Made by a program: the position numbers and the translations under genes. The notes beneath the pieces were generated by a model, which searched no databases, was not told where the DNA came from, and saw only the letters and a program-made list of their open reading frames with translations. A DNA stretch of 63,441 bases, filler included, from Reclinomonas americana ATCC 50394 (taxonomy: Eukaryota): NCBI GenBank assembly GCA_048213135.1. It is 5 parts of 3 records of this genome, joined end to end, with 100 filler letters (N's around TTAATTAATTAA, not from the genome) between each part and the next. Parts side by side here need not be neighbours in the genome. Positions count along the whole stretch, not along the records: positions 25,781 to 50,902 come from PS015517.1; 4 more parts are not named here. One strand, written 5' to 3'. Shown here one piece after another: positions 37,801-50,809 of this stretch; within the stretch, counting starts at the first letter, position 1, and every line of letters starts with the position of its first letter.

Positions 37801-40800
37801 CAGGCCGACGCGGCCGGCGACGGCGCGTGCAACCGTGAGCGCGCCAGTAGTGTTGGAAATCGCAAACGCGCCGACAGGACGCTGGTACAGGATGCGATAG
37901 AGGTACGGAGCCTTGCTGGCGTTGGTGACCGACACGGAGCCGATCTGCGCGCCGGCAGTGGCCGGCACCGGGTACGTGCCAGCACCACTCAGCAGCAGCG
38001 TGAGTGTGTTGGACGTCGGCTTGGTGGTGTCGTCGAACAGAATGACAAACGACTTGTTGATGATGGCGCCGGTGGAGGTCTTGGTGGCCTGAATCGTCAC
38101 CGAACCCTGCATCGGGAACGGGGCCGCGGACAGATTGCTGACCATCAGCTGGGTTGAGGCCAGCGAGAAGAGGTTGCCGGGCGTCTGTGACAGCAGCGTA
38201 AAGGTGTACGCCAGGCCGGCGCTGCCGGACACCGACACGAAGCCAATGACGGACTTGTCGGCGATCGGCACGGCGATTTCGCTGACCGACAGCGCCACCG
38301 TCTCTCCCGCCGAGGAGTCGACTGAGTGAGGAGGACAAGTGAGTGAGGATGAAAAAGGAAAGGATGGTCCGAGGTTGGAGAACTCACCGACAGCCACCAG
38401 GAACGACCGCGTGACGGCGGCACCGGTCAGCGGATCCGACGCCTGCACCGTGAGCTGCACCGTCAGGGTGCCACTCGGCGGCGCCTTTTGCACCTCCACA
38501 GTGTTGCCGTTAAGGCGCAGCACGTCGGCCGGTGTCTGCGACACAATGCTCAGCTTGTCCGTGGCAACGTCGACGGCGTCGTCGACAATGGTGAGGGTGC
38601 CGAGGGAGAGGGTCGAAGCTGCCGGCAGCGGGATGGTGATGGGGTCCAGGACGCCGGTGATGTCGCGGGGAGGGTTGTTTACTGAAGGGGAAGGGGGAAG
38701 GAGGTGAGAGGGGAAGGGGAATAGGGGAACGAAAAGGGGAAGGAGAATAGGGGAAGGGATAAGGAGAAGGGAAAAGGGAAAGGGAGAAGGGGGAAGGGGG
38801 AAGGGAGGTGAGAGGGGAAGGGGAAAAGGGGAAGTGAAAGGGGAAGGGAAAAGGGGAAGGGAGAAGGGAAAGGGAGAAGGGGAAGGGAGAGGAAGGGAAA
38901 GGGAAAATGATAAGGGGAAGGGAAAAGGATAAGGGGAAGGGAAAAGAATAAGGGGAAGGGAAAAGGGGAAGGGAAAAGGATAAGGGGAAGGGAAAAGGGG
39001 AAGGGAAAAGGGGAAGGGAAAGGGAGAAGGGAAAGGGATAGGGAGAAGGGAAAGGGATAGGGAGAAGGGGAAGGGAAAAGGGGAAGGGAAAAGGAGAAGG
39101 GAAAAGGGGGAAGGGGGAAGGGAGGTGAGAGGGGAAAGGAGATAAAAAGCAATGGAGAGAACAGAACAGGCGACACTTTAACGAGAAGAGAATGAGCCAG
39201 AAGAGGAGAAGAGAGCAACTGGAGAGCACGTGCTTTCCAACGTAATGTACACGTGAAGGAGAAAGAAAAATGAAGAAAGCACAGCAAGCGATGAGAAAGT
39301 ATCACAATAAATTGAGAGCGAGAAAAGAGATAAATAAATGGGAAGAGAAGGGCGAGGAGCAATAGAAGAGAGAAGAGTGACACAAGAGAGCACAAGAGAG
39401 CAGAGCTGACAAGTGCTATGCAAGCGAGAAAGGAAGGCGAAGAGAGGTCATTTCAACAAGAACGAACTACAGGAGCGAGGGGAACGGAGTAAATAAGAAG
39501 AAAAGGAAGGGATCATACTTAAAAACGCAGTTGAAGAAACAATGCAAAGAGTGTCCAAGTCACCAAGTACGAATAACACAAGCGAACGGGATGGAAAAGT
39601 CCGTAAACAAGAAAAGAAAAGAGTGACTCTCAGAGCGCGAAGAGCACAGCTTGCAGGTGTGTTGCGTACTCGTGAAAACAAAGAGTAGAGTCCAGGTTGG
39701 CAAGTAGAGAGGAACAGCATAGAAGGAGGACGTCATAATGAATGGAAAGAAAACAGAATGAATGTTGACAAGCAAGAAAGGATTGACAGCTGTGTTATGC
39801 ACCGGGGGAAATCGTGAGAACGAAAGTCGGAAGCAACAAGGAAAGAACAGCAGATAAGCGAAGGGATATGAAGAGTCGTCGCCCTTGAGCGAGATCGGTG
39901 AATTGTCTCTTCATCACCGATGCACTCACCTCCCACAACAAACAGCATGCGCGAGGTGACAGTGGTGCCGCTGATGCTGGCCTGCACCGTCACCGACAGC
40001 GTCGAGACAACTTGCGGGGGGAGACCACCGCTGGCCACCACTAGTTTGTTGCCCTGGCCAATGGCGAAGAAGCTGGGCGAATCCTGCACGGTGAACAGCA
40101 CGGCGCTGGCCGGTGCACCCGTGTCGACGGTCAGCGTGCCGACCAGAGCGCCAGCAGAGGCCGGAAGCACCATGCGTGTGGTGGCCAAGGTGATTTGCAG
40201 GTTGGCCAGAGTGCCTGCGACAAGCGACAAGTGATGAGAAAGCTTGTCATGTAACGCAATTGACGGTGAAATTCACGCACCAATCGGCAACACAAACGAC
40301 CGCTCGACAAACTGCATGCGCAGCGACTCAATGGCTCGCACCGTTACCGTAATCGGCGACGCGATGCTGCTCAGGGCACCGACCACCACCAGCTTGTTGC
40401 CGGATAGGGAAACTGAGCCAGTCGGCTGTTGCGACACGAGCTGGAAGGAGATGTTGCTGGTCACGTCAGAGACCAGAGTGCAGGCTGTCGCACCGCTCGG
40501 CAGCGGCGAGGGGATCATCGTCTCCTGGCAGTTGACGCGAGTGGGGGCGGGAGGGGCTGTGTGGAGGGGGAAGAAAGGGGGAGGTGAGACAAGAGGGAAC
40601 AAAGGGAAATGGAAGCAACAAAAGGCAAGGAGAAGGGACAGAAATGGAGAGACAAGACGGCAAGGAAAGAGAACGAGAGACAAAGGGCGTGGGAAGAGAT
40701 GGCGAGACAAGCGGGACAGTGACGTGAAAAGAACCCAAATGGTAAGGGATGAGAACGAGAGGCAAGAGAAGAGGAAGAGATTTGGAGAGACAAGAGGGAA

Positions 40801-43610
40801 ACGAGAGACAAAGGGCATGGGAAGAGATGGTGAGACAGGCGGGAAAAGTGACGAGAAGAGAACCCAAATGGTAAGGGAGGAGAACGAGAGGCAAGAGAAA
40901 AGGAAGAGGTTTGGAGATGACAGGAAAAAGGTAGAGAAGCGACAAAGGGCATGGGGAAGGGAAAGAGATGGAGAGACAGGGGAGAAATGGACGAGAAGAG
41001 AAACCAAATGGAAAGGACAGAGATCGAAAAGGAAAAGATGTTGAGATAAGAGGGAAAGAGTAGAGATGCAAAAAAGAGAAAAGAGAGGGAAGGAGACAAA
41101 ACGGATAAAAAGAGGAGCAACAAATTGATGTGTGCTTGCAAGATAGAAATCGAAGAGACGGAAACGACCAACTATCTGCAGTGAACAAGAGAGCACAACA
41201 CGGAATGTATCTGGAGGCCATGAGAAAGGGGCGTGAGTGAGAAGGGGACGGAAAAGTTTGGGCAAATGCGACCGCTATCATGAAAGCATGAGATTTGAAT
41301 GAGCAGTCACAATGCGACCGCATTGAGATACAAGTGAGAAAGCGAAAGCAGGAGAAAGTGTTTGAAGAGTCTGAGCAGCTTTGGCATCATGGAGGAAGCA
41401 AGGTATAACTAAGATGAAAGCAGACCCTGACAACAACACAGAAATTGTAAAATCCCGCAAGACGAGGCATAAGCAAGATAGTCTCGAAAGAGCAAAATCG
41501 ACATCGTGAACGACGGATAGAGAGAGAGAGAGAACGAAAGAAAAACGGACATGAAGACATGCAGAAGAAGGAGAATGAATGCATATTCCCCTTTCCCTTC
41601 CTCCCTCTCCCCTTTCCACCCTTCCCCTTCGCCCCCTCCGGCCCACTCACCCGACACCACCGGCAACGACAGAGTCTTGTTGAAGTAGGCCTTGGTCACC
41701 GTGTCCGTGGCACGCACCACCACCGACACCGATTGCACACCGTTGGGTGTGCCCGACAGAATGAGCGAGTTGCCCGACAGGCTCACAATGCCCGCCGGCG
41801 TCTGCGACACGAGCGACAAGAGCAGCGCGTTTTGCACTGCCGCCGCGGGCACGGCCGTCAATTGCGCCACCACCGACTGCAAGGTGATTGGCAGGTAGAG
41901 CGACGGCGTCGCCGGTGTCGTCACAATGTCGATGGGCGGCAGCGAAACTGTGCGTGCAAAATTAATCAAAGAAAGAGCGCGATTGGTAAGTGGGTGTACG
42001 GCACCTTGCAGCTGCACCGTGCCCTGTGCCGAGGTGCCCGTGCTGGTGGCCACCGCCGAGATTGTCACCGAGATAATCGGTTGCGCGCTCTGGAGAATAC
42101 CGGCCGCGCCAACAATCAGCTGGGACCCGCTAATGACGAACGGGCTGTTCGTGGTGCCCAAGGTGAACACGACGGGTCCAGTGAGCGAGGACGACAACGA
42201 GCCGACCACCGTCTGCGGCGCCAGTGGGAGCGGCAACGGCGAGCCGGCAGTCGCCACGAAGCGAATCGTGAGGGAGGGGAAGATGGTGAAGTTCTGTGCG
42301 TGCAATCACGTGAGACGAAGAAGACATGGCAAAATATGGTCTCATTACGCACTCCAACGATGCTCATGTTGGTGGAGCGCTCGGTGGCCTGGATGACCAG
42401 CGTCACCGACGTGGAGAGCACACTGGCCGCCTGCAGTACGTTGCCAGACACCAACTGCACCGAGTTGGGCGGCGTCTGTGACATGATCGAGAAGCCGACG
42501 GGGTCGACGCCGGGGTCGTTGTCGACGAGGATGGTGGTGAGGGTGGAGCCGACGGGCGCCGGTGACGTGAACTGTGTCGCAGTCAGGCGCAGGTTGGTCA
42601 GCGGCTTGTTGACGGGGATCGTCAGCGGTGCCTCCCAAGAGGAGCCGGCTGTGTGTGTGTGGTCAAGAAAACAGTCTTCGTCAGCACGCAGAAGGTGGGG
42701 AAAAAATGGAAGAGGCGGAACCGCAACTGCCGTCAGTGACCCGCACGCGAATGCTAAAGTAGCTGGCCGTCGGCACTCCACATTGCACGCAGTAGACCCA
42801 CTGATTGAGGTAGACGGCAAAGGAGGCGTTGTCTTGACTGCCGGCGCCGCTCACGAGTTGCACGTCGGTCAGCGGTGCAGTGGCGTCGGTGAGGATCCAC
42901 CCGGCCACCGAGTAGGAGCGTGGCACGGGGAGGCGGTCGAACCACATGTTGTAGGTGATGCTGCGGGAGGTAAGAAGGGAAGGAGAGGGGGAAGGGAAAG
43001 GGATGGGGAAGGGAGGTAAGAAGGGAAAGGAATGGGGAAGGGAGGTAAGAAGGGAAAGGGATGGGGAATGGAGGTAAGAAGGGAAAGGGGGAAGAGGAAG
43101 GGAGGTAAGAAGGGAAAGGGATGGAGAAAGAGAAGAAAGGTAAAGGATGCAGGAGGGGATACGAGTAATAGAATATGGCAAAGATTACTGAAGGGAGCGG
43201 AAAAAGAATCAGAGACGACGGCCAAGGACACCAAGAAACTAGGAGAGGGCAAAGAAAGGAAACAAGATGAGATATGAAAGAGAGAGAGAATCGAGATTGC
43301 AGGTTTTCTGTGGGAGAATGCACCACTGAGAGAAAAAGGAGAAAGGAATAGGGAGGAGATCGAGACGCAGGAGAGTACGGAGGAACATAATGTATACAGA
43401 GGGTTCAGAGTCCGCGCCATGAGGCAAATGTGGAATGTGCTAGATGTTGAAGGACAAGGGGGAAGGGAGCAACATGGCAAATATGCGTGCTAGAGCGAAT
43501 ACTTTGTGTGCAACGTCCACAAGCGAGGAGAAGAGTAGAGAGTCGAAGAGAGAGATGACCCACGAACGCACACGGGCATATACACACACAGTAAGAGATC
43601 AGAATGAGAA

Positions 43611-43647
<37 letters not shown>

Positions 43648-44266
43648 ATACATAGAAGTCTGCCCGCGAGGAGAGTACAGGAGAGACAACTGGCGGATGC
43701 AGAGACAAAGGCAGAGACAGAGACTGAGAGTAAGAGAGACAAACAGGCGGACAACCCGAAGGAGAACGGGGGAAAACAGAAGAGGACACACACATGCACA
43801 CACACACACACACACGCACACACACACACAGAGAGAGAGAGAGAGCGACATAGATGAACGCACACGCAACCCAAAGAGGGTGAGTGTGAGAGAAACTCTT
43901 GATACAGAGAAACAGCGACTGTTGCACCGTGGTCACACAAACACACAGAGTGTGAGACGAGACAGGATAGGCACCAGCGACACGCATAAAGAGCACAAAA
44001 GGGAGCGCCAGAGAGACAAAAAAAGAGAAAAAGTGCAAAAAATGCAACGTCTCTCTGGCCACCAAAAAATTGAATGCACTCAACTCACAAACACACACAC
44101 ACAAGAGAGAGAGACTCTCTCCTCACACACACATAGCAACACTTGTGAAAGAGCACATGCGAAGGGAATCACGCAACATCTTTCCACCAAACGCCACCGA
44201 GGCCATCATCACCAGCAGACACGAGGCACATAACAGCAGCAAGAGCTGCCGCCGTGGCACCATCAT
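31847..44266 (-). CDS. Secreted multidomain protein: signal peptide + about 12 bacterial-type cadherin-like repeats + EGF-like module + clan GH-A (GH2-/GH157-like) glycoside hydrolase + Ig-like C-terminal domain
   Basis: Signal peptide MMVPRRQLLLLLCASCLLVMMASVAF. Repeats such as NNAPTDILLS and TTDANSNEKFTYSLASGAGSTHNSLF…LRVRVTDRDG. EGF-like GNGSC…KCQCNAGWFGDKCE. Spliced catalytic domain GGNTIRLY…KYHPA|LLAWNVGNE|…AEDPSH…YILTE|FGVPGWW…|TTWGSPIEGSSRDKA…TFTWYSGL…PWKYR|LYMYVLDSCNNAAVANVPFYV. Probable stop at 31847. Confidence 0.85.
32640..33165. repeat. Intronic tandem repeat, about 59-bp monomer arranged as an about 118-bp dimer
   Basis: Recurrent gacagcact…ccaca..gagagtg…tgacatgcacaagaca units (about 8-9 monomers) inside the 32284-33567 intron. 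Confidence 0.8.
38685..39140. repeat. Intronic polypurine (GGGAA/GGGGAAGGGAAA) tract
   Basis: About 450 nt that are almost purely G/A on the + strand, i.e. a pyrimidine tract upstream of the acceptor on the coding strand. Confidence 0.9.
40675..40960. repeat. Intronic tandem duplication, about 130 bp
   Basis: gagacaaagggc.tgggaagagatgg.gagaca…gaacccaaatggtaaggga.gagaacgagaggcaagagaa.aggaagag.tttggaga occurs twice, plus a partial third copy. Confidence 0.8.
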
Positions 44267-44654
44267 ATCTCTCTCTCTAACAGAAGAAACAAGACAGACA
44301 GACAGAGAAGAAGGAGCGCAACGAGTCTCTCCTTTCTCCAACAAAGCTTGAGAAAAAGGGCGGCAAAACGTAACGGTAAGTGGACAGACCGGCTCGCGCG
44401 CGCGGAACTGTCCATTGCTGCTCATTGTCGGTGTGTGAGAGAGAGCAAGTGCATTTGCGCGCGCGTGTTTGTGCGCAGTGTGTGTCAGTCAGTCAGTGAG
44501 TGCATCAGTGTCTGTTTGGTGAGTGTTTGTCGAGTGTGAGGTTCGGACGAATTTTTCCTCTTTGTTTGTTTGTTTTTGTGATGGTTTGACGTTGGATTTG
44601 CTTCTTGTGTTATATGTGCGCAGAGTGTGTGAGAGGCATTTTTGTGCTGCTGGA

Positions 44655-44906
44655 ATGAGTCATCACGAGGCTGTGTTGCAGGCGACGGCGGCTGATGATT
44701 TGTTGGTGAGTGGGTGTGTCCGGAGAAACATACACAGAGGGAGGGAAAGGGAGAGAGAGAGAGAGAGAGAGAGAGAGTAGGAGAGAGAGAGACAGAGAGG
44801 GAAAGGGAGGAGAGAGAGAAGGGGAGAGAGTCATGCATTCCGAGCACTTACTCTCTGCCTCCTTCCTCTCTCACTCATTCACTCACACACACACTCACTC
44901 ACACAC

Positions 44907-44949
<43 letters not shown>

Positions 44950-46711
44950 CACTCACTCACTCACTCACTCGCTCACACTCACTCACTCACTCACTCACTC
45001 ACTCACCCACTCACTCACCCACTCACTCCCTCACTCACTCCCTCACTCACTCCCTCACTCACTCCCTCACTCACTCCCTCACTCACTCACTCTCTCTCAC
45101 ACACACACACTCACTCACTCACTCACTCACTCACTCACTCACTCACTCTCTCACTCACTCACTCACTCACTCACTCTCACACACTCTCTCTCTCTCTCTC
45201 ACTCACTCACTCACTCACTCACTCTCACTTATCACACTTTATCCTCACCTAATTCTTCACCTAACCTCACCTAAACCCTCTCCTTCCCCTCTCTTCTCCC
45301 TCCCCTCGCTTCCCCTCACTCTTCCCCACTTTTCCCCTTTCCAGGAACACGCCCTCCGCGTGGTCGCCGAGTCCGAGCGACTGGCACGCGAAAAGAAGGC
45401 CCATCGCGACCGCCTCGCCGCCATTGGCAACAGCGAAGCCACGGCCGCCATCACCCCCGCTTCTGCAGCCACAGCCGCACACGCACTCGTCCCGCTCATC
45501 GACACTGACGAGCGCGAGGGAGAAGCCATGGGTGGGCGACCGGAGGAGGTCAGTGAGTTTTTTGTCAATGAGCTGGAGCCGGAGCAGCAGGCGGGCTCGG
45601 TGCGCAAGCGACGCAGTCAGCTGTATGGCGTGGCGGCGGTCCCGTCGCCTGCCGGTGCACCTCCGCCTCCGCCACCTCCCCCGCGTCGCGATTCGCTGCT
45701 GCCGGCGTCGCAGTCGAGTGATGCTGGCGATGGTGGGTCGGTGGGCGGCGACGGCGACGGCGATAGTGTGAATGAGTTGAGCGGGTGGAGGGCGGAGGAG
45801 ATGGCGCCGACGCGGATCGAGCACTCGTTGGATGAGTGGAAGGCGCAAGTCAAGTGGGACTCGCTCACGGCGGAGGAGCGACGCGACATGAGCATTGTGC
45901 GACGCGCGGAGCAGACGCGGCAGATTGTGCAGCGGCGGTGGGCGGCACGCGAGGATGTGCGCAAGATCATGGAGGCTCAGACGTACCTGCGCGTGTCGGT
46001 CGACAAGGAGAAGCGCGAGCAGGCGTTTATCGATGGCATTCAGGAGCGGCAGACGCGCAAACAAATGGAGCGTGAGCTCGGCAAGCAGCGCCTGGGGCGC
46101 GAGTTTGAGCGCGAGATGCAACGCACGGCGCACGACACAAACTACGCGCTGCAGCTCAAGGACGAGAAGGCGCTGGAGGATGCCGAAAAGGCGGAGCGCA
46201 TCCAGGCCGACAAGGATGCACGGGCGGCGGCGCGAGAGCAGGAGCGGTTGGCCAAGGGTTCGTTGGTGGAGTCGTCGATGGTCTCCTACACTGCGTGAAA
46301 CTGACTCTTTTCGTTTCGTGTAGCCGCGTCCGACGCACATACCGCCGACTTGGAGGCCCAGCGGGCGGCGGTTATTGCCGAGCGCGAGCGGCAGCGACAG
46401 GAGCGGTTACAGCGCGAGTGGGAGCAGTGGTACGAGGCCAACCAGCGTCGCGAGAATGGACTGGTGGTGGAGCGCAATGCCAAGGACGAGAGGAAGTTGC
46501 GTCTCTCATCGAGTGAAAATTGGATAAGGGAGTGTGTAGCTAACTCTGCTTGCGTGACAGACGAGTCGCCTCGCGCCAGCTGCAGGATCGCGTGCGAAGA
46601 CAGGCTGACTTGCAGCGCGAGCGGGAGCAGGTTCGCATCAAGCGCCAGCAGAATATTGCCGAGCTGGAGGCGCGTCGTGCAGAGCGGCATCACAGTGAGT
46701 TGTGCACGTGA
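44655..46711 (+). CDS. E/R/Q-rich coiled-coil protein (possibly ciliary)
   Basis: Exons 44655-44705 (MSHHEAVLQ…), 45345-46257, 46324-46495 and 46561-(46694/46711) splice in frame, using GTGAGT, GTTCGT and GTTGCG donors. Long charged helical region. Family not identified. Confidence 0.7.
44860..45235. repeat. (CACT)n/(CT)n microsatellite in an intron
   Basis: Direct reading of the sequence. Confidence 0.95.
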
Positions 46712-46994
46712 TGACAGCCGACACAATTTTGTAAAACAGTGTGTGCGGAAGAGGGAAGTGCGTTGGGAATGAGTGAGAATCGCGATCTCCGAGAGCGAAC
46801 TCTTACAAGCGGGGAAAGTATCAAGCTGCGAGTGGGAAGACTTGTTGTTTGTGTTGATGAGTTGGATGACAGCTGCTGATAACTTCATTCAGTCTTCCCC
46901 CCTCTCTTGCCGACCATGAAAGTCTCAGGAGACGGAGCCAAGAAGCCGTGTGCTGGCTTAGTCTCGCTCTCCTGACATTGTAAAACGCGCTTCA

Positions 46995-47310
46995 AACACA
47001 AAGAGGAGTGGTTCTTCACCCAGTGTCGAATGAGCGACACGAAATCTCGACTTTTGCACAATCGGTCTCCACTGTTCTGTCAGGCAAAAAACAAAGACAA
47101 AGAAGAGTGGTTCTTCACAAAGTCGCGACTCATGCGCAATCGTCCACCACTGTTCTGTCAGACAAAGACAAGAGGAGTGGTCTTTCACTCAGTGTGGAGT
47201 CAGCGACACAGCGACTCATGCACAATCGCTCTCCACTGCCCCGTCCAGCAAAGAGGAGTGGTTCGACACGAAGCCGCGACTCTTGCACAATCGCTCTCCA
47301 CTCTTCTGTC
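46995..47310. repeat. Degenerate tandem repeat (70-95 bp, 4 units) between convergent genes
   Basis: aagaggagtggttcttcac…gcgactc.tgcacaatcgctctccact.ttctgtca units. Confidence 0.8.
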
Positions 47311-47407
47311 ACACTTGCTTGTCATGCACAGTCACAAGCTCAGCCTTCTTACCGTCAATTGCAGTGCTTGTCGCCTCCTTGTTTTGATGGCGCACGCATG
47401 TCTCATA

Positions 47408-50400
47408 TCAGTCATACTCCTCGAATCCGTAATCTTCAGCACCACCCCAATCGCCCTCGCCGTCATACGGCGCACCGTACCCAACGTCACCATCTCCCTC
47501 CTCCTCATCCTCGTCCTCCCCAAACGCCTCCTCCTGCTCGTCGGCATAGTCGTCATCGTCCTCCTCCTCGAATCCCGTCGTGTCCATCGGTGCCACAGCA
47601 GTCGTGTCACCAACTCGACCACCTTGCACCGTGCGCTCGGATGCGACAGCACCAGCAGTGCGTTTTGCGCTCTTGCGAGGCGGACGAAGACGCAACTTGC
47701 GCCACAACGGGAGTGGGCGCTTTTTCGGCTCACGCACGTGCGGAACGGGCGGGACCGACGATGGAGCAGCAGTCGTAGTAGTTACAGATACCGCAGTTGG
47801 AGCTGCTGCCGTCGCTGTAGGCTCAGCGGGCTCATCTCCACTGGCATCACTGGCAAATGGATCGTCATCATCGTCGTCCCTTCCATCATCGTCGTCATCG
47901 TAATTGCCGTCACCATCGTCGTCCTCCATCTCACGCTCCAGTTCCACGTGATGCACCACCAGGGCGCGCAGTTTGGCCAGGTCGAGAACCTGGCCCTCCT
48001 CGGCGGGCTGCAGATGGAGAAGGGGGGAAGAGAAGGGGATAAGAGGGAGAAGGGGGGAGGAGAAGTGGATAAGAGGGAGAAGGGGGGAGGAGAAGGGGAA
48101 AGAGGGAGAAGGGGAAGCGGAGAATAAGGAAAGAGAGGGGGAAAGAGAAGGAGAGGAGAAAGTGAAAAGAAAGGGAAAGCGGGAGGTAAGCAGGGAGACG
48201 AGGAAGAGTCGACGGGGGAGATGAAGGAATAGATGGAGAGAGATGACGGGATAAATGAAAGGAGTGAAGAAGAGATGAGGCGAGAGAGAGAGCAGAAGGG
48301 AGAAAACAACGAAAGAGAAGATGGGAGATGACAAAGAAAATACCGGGGGAAAGGGGGTTGACGGAAAAGAACTGGGGGATAGACAGGGGAAGGAGGCGGG
48401 GGAGGAAACAGTGGACAGAGATGGGAAGGAGCAGAGAAATAGAACAAGGAGGGAAGGGGATGATCACGGAATCGCAAAAGATCTGGGAGGAGAAGGGGAC
48501 GGAGAAGGGGAAGGAGAAGGGGACGATGAAGGAGGAGATGAATGGAGAGATGATGGAAATGATGAAGAAGAAAGGAGTGTAGAAGAGCGAGGTGCGAGAA
48601 GAAGGGAAAGGTGAAGGGAAAGGAGGAGGGAAAGATGAAGAGAGATGACGGGAGAGATGAAGGGGTATAAGAGAAGAGATAAAGAGATGAAAGAATAAAA
48701 GGAGATGCAGGCAGATGGAGAAAGGGAGGGGAAAAGGAGGAGAAGGGAGAAAAGTTGGCAGGAACAGAGAGAAGGGAAAGTGACAATGAGAGAGAGAAAG
48801 AGAGATTCGCGCAACTTGCTTGGCGAGCAGAATTCTCTGCATCTCTTCCGCAGACACCGTGCTCGACAAATCCTCGCTCTTGTCCTCCTCCCGCGCCGTG
48901 GCGGGGTCCGTGAGCGCCAACAGCGCCTCCTCCGAGAACCCATCCAAAATCAGCGTCCGCGGAACGCCGGACAGCAGCAGTCGCACATACGACTGCAAGT
49001 GCTTGTCCAAGCGCAGAATGCGATCACCATTGTCACCTCCGACTGCGGTAATTCTGCGCAGCACTTGTTCCGCCTCCTCGAGTAGTGCAGCTCGACGACG
49101 ACGCCGAGCTTCCTCCTTGCGCAAGTACTTCGGTTGATCCAGCGACTCGAGCAGGTCGCGCTGACGCCGTCGGAGTCGGCGAGGAGGTGGGGGAGGATGC
49201 GGAACAGGAGCAGGTGTGCTTTCGGCGGTGGTGGCGACAGTCGTCGTGGAAGTGATTTGTTCCTCTCTCGATTTCTGCTCCGCCTGTCGCTGTGCGAGTT
49301 GCTGCAGCATCTCGTAGTGGCGCAGAATGAACTGCACGCGCTCGCAGCCGACGGTGGAGGGGATGTCGCGGCCGCTGATGGTTTTGTAGACGGGGAGGGT
49401 GCGACCGACGGCGGCCTGTGAGAGGGGGAGGGGAATGAGGGAGAGGGAGGGGAAGGGAGTAGGAGGGGAAAGGAGAAGGAAGCAGACAAGGAGGAGGAGA
49501 GAGAGCAAATGACGGACAAGAACATAGCAAACTGATGGAGGCACACGAGAGGGGAAGAGATATGGGGCATAATGAGATGCAGTGTGGTGATTGGAAAACG
49601 AGAGAAGAGCTGGAGGACAGGGGAGAGAGCGACGAAAAGAACACATGGATGGAATCAAGGCACTGGACGGCAGAAAGCGTGAGAAATGTGGCAAGACAGG
49701 AGGGCTAGTGTCTACAAGCGAGATGAAGGGACAGTGGAAAGGAACAATTTACATAAAGAATCAATCAGCGATGGAAGGAAGCTGAGATTCAGCAACGAGT
49801 GCACCCAAAACAGAAACGTACACAGGAATGGTGATCATGGGAGGTCTGACAAACGAAGGGAGAGGAGACACTGTCGTACATCGACTTGATCGCGTAGACT
49901 GCAGATAAAGAAACAGCTCAAGAAAAAAAGCAAAGAATGCACCCATTACAGCAAAGGAGAGCATGTGATCGTGAAAGACTGTTGCGGAAAAGACGAGAAC
50001 AATGAGAAAAGATCGGCCAAATGGTATCCGGTGTCAACCTCCATGCGGCCACCACAGAAACCAAGACAGTGAATCACAGATCCTCTTGATCACCTCCCCC
50101 CTTGTCCCCTTTCCCCTCTTCCCCCCTTTCCTCACCACCGCCTCCTTCAGCTCCGTCACCCGCTCGGACATTTGACTGTAGCCGCGGCCCACCAACTCCG
50201 ACACGGTCTTGCACACCTGCGTCTGCGTCTGCACTCCCGGCACCGCACCCGTCACGTGCACGGCAAAGGCCAGCGACGCCGACGCCACAGTGAGTGGATG
50301 GCGGCCGGAATCCAAGCCGCGATCCATGGCCACTCGCAGCACCTGGCGCGCCATTTTGATCACCGCCGTCAGCTTGGCCGCCGACTCGACCACACGACCG

Positions 50401-50809
50401 AGGCGACTGGCCATGCGCGATACGTGGCCGGCCAGGTTGACGTCGGGCAGTTGTCGCTTTAGCTTCCCACACACCTGGCGCACGGCGTCGGCCAGCACCG
50501 GAATCTCCACGTCCAACGCCCGTGCGCATTCGCTAATGGTCAGCGGTTCTTCCGAGCCACGTCGGAGAATGTAGATGCAGGCGAGGGCGCAGACTTGCAC
50601 GGTGCGACGGCGGGTCCAGCATTTGTCTGGCAGGGGGAGGAGTTGTGGGTGGAGGGGGAAGGGAGAGAGGGACGAGAGGAAGCGAACCTACACAGTGGTA
50701 CACCATGAACTGGACTTCGGCGCGCGATGCCTCGGCATGCAGGCGATTGCAGACGTCGCCAATGCTCTCCATGGCCGCGCGACGGGCGTACTTTTGGGCT
50801 TTGTTTTGA
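47408..50809 (-). CDS. TFIIB-family (BRF-like, TFIIIB subunit) factor; N-terminal Zn ribbon not visible (gap)
   Basis: Two cyclin-fold repeats with TFIIB/BRF motifs: RRTVQVCALACIYILRR..EPLTISECA and GLDSGRHPLTVASASLAFA. Acidic C-terminal tail ending …FEEYD* at 47408. Confidence 0.7.

Noticed and set aside
38510..41323. Long Leu/Ser/Phe/Pro- or Arg/Glu/Gly-rich ORFs in the ORF track (also 454-1056, 8095-8553, 17920-19266, 44710-45274, 47782-48786 and N-spanning ORFs)
   Set aside because: They are translations of intronic GA/CT microsatellites or N gaps, which simply lack stop codons.
45245..45282. Telomere-like CCTAA repeats
   Set aside because: Only three irregular copies just upstream of an acceptor; more consistent with branch-point-like CTAAC motifs.
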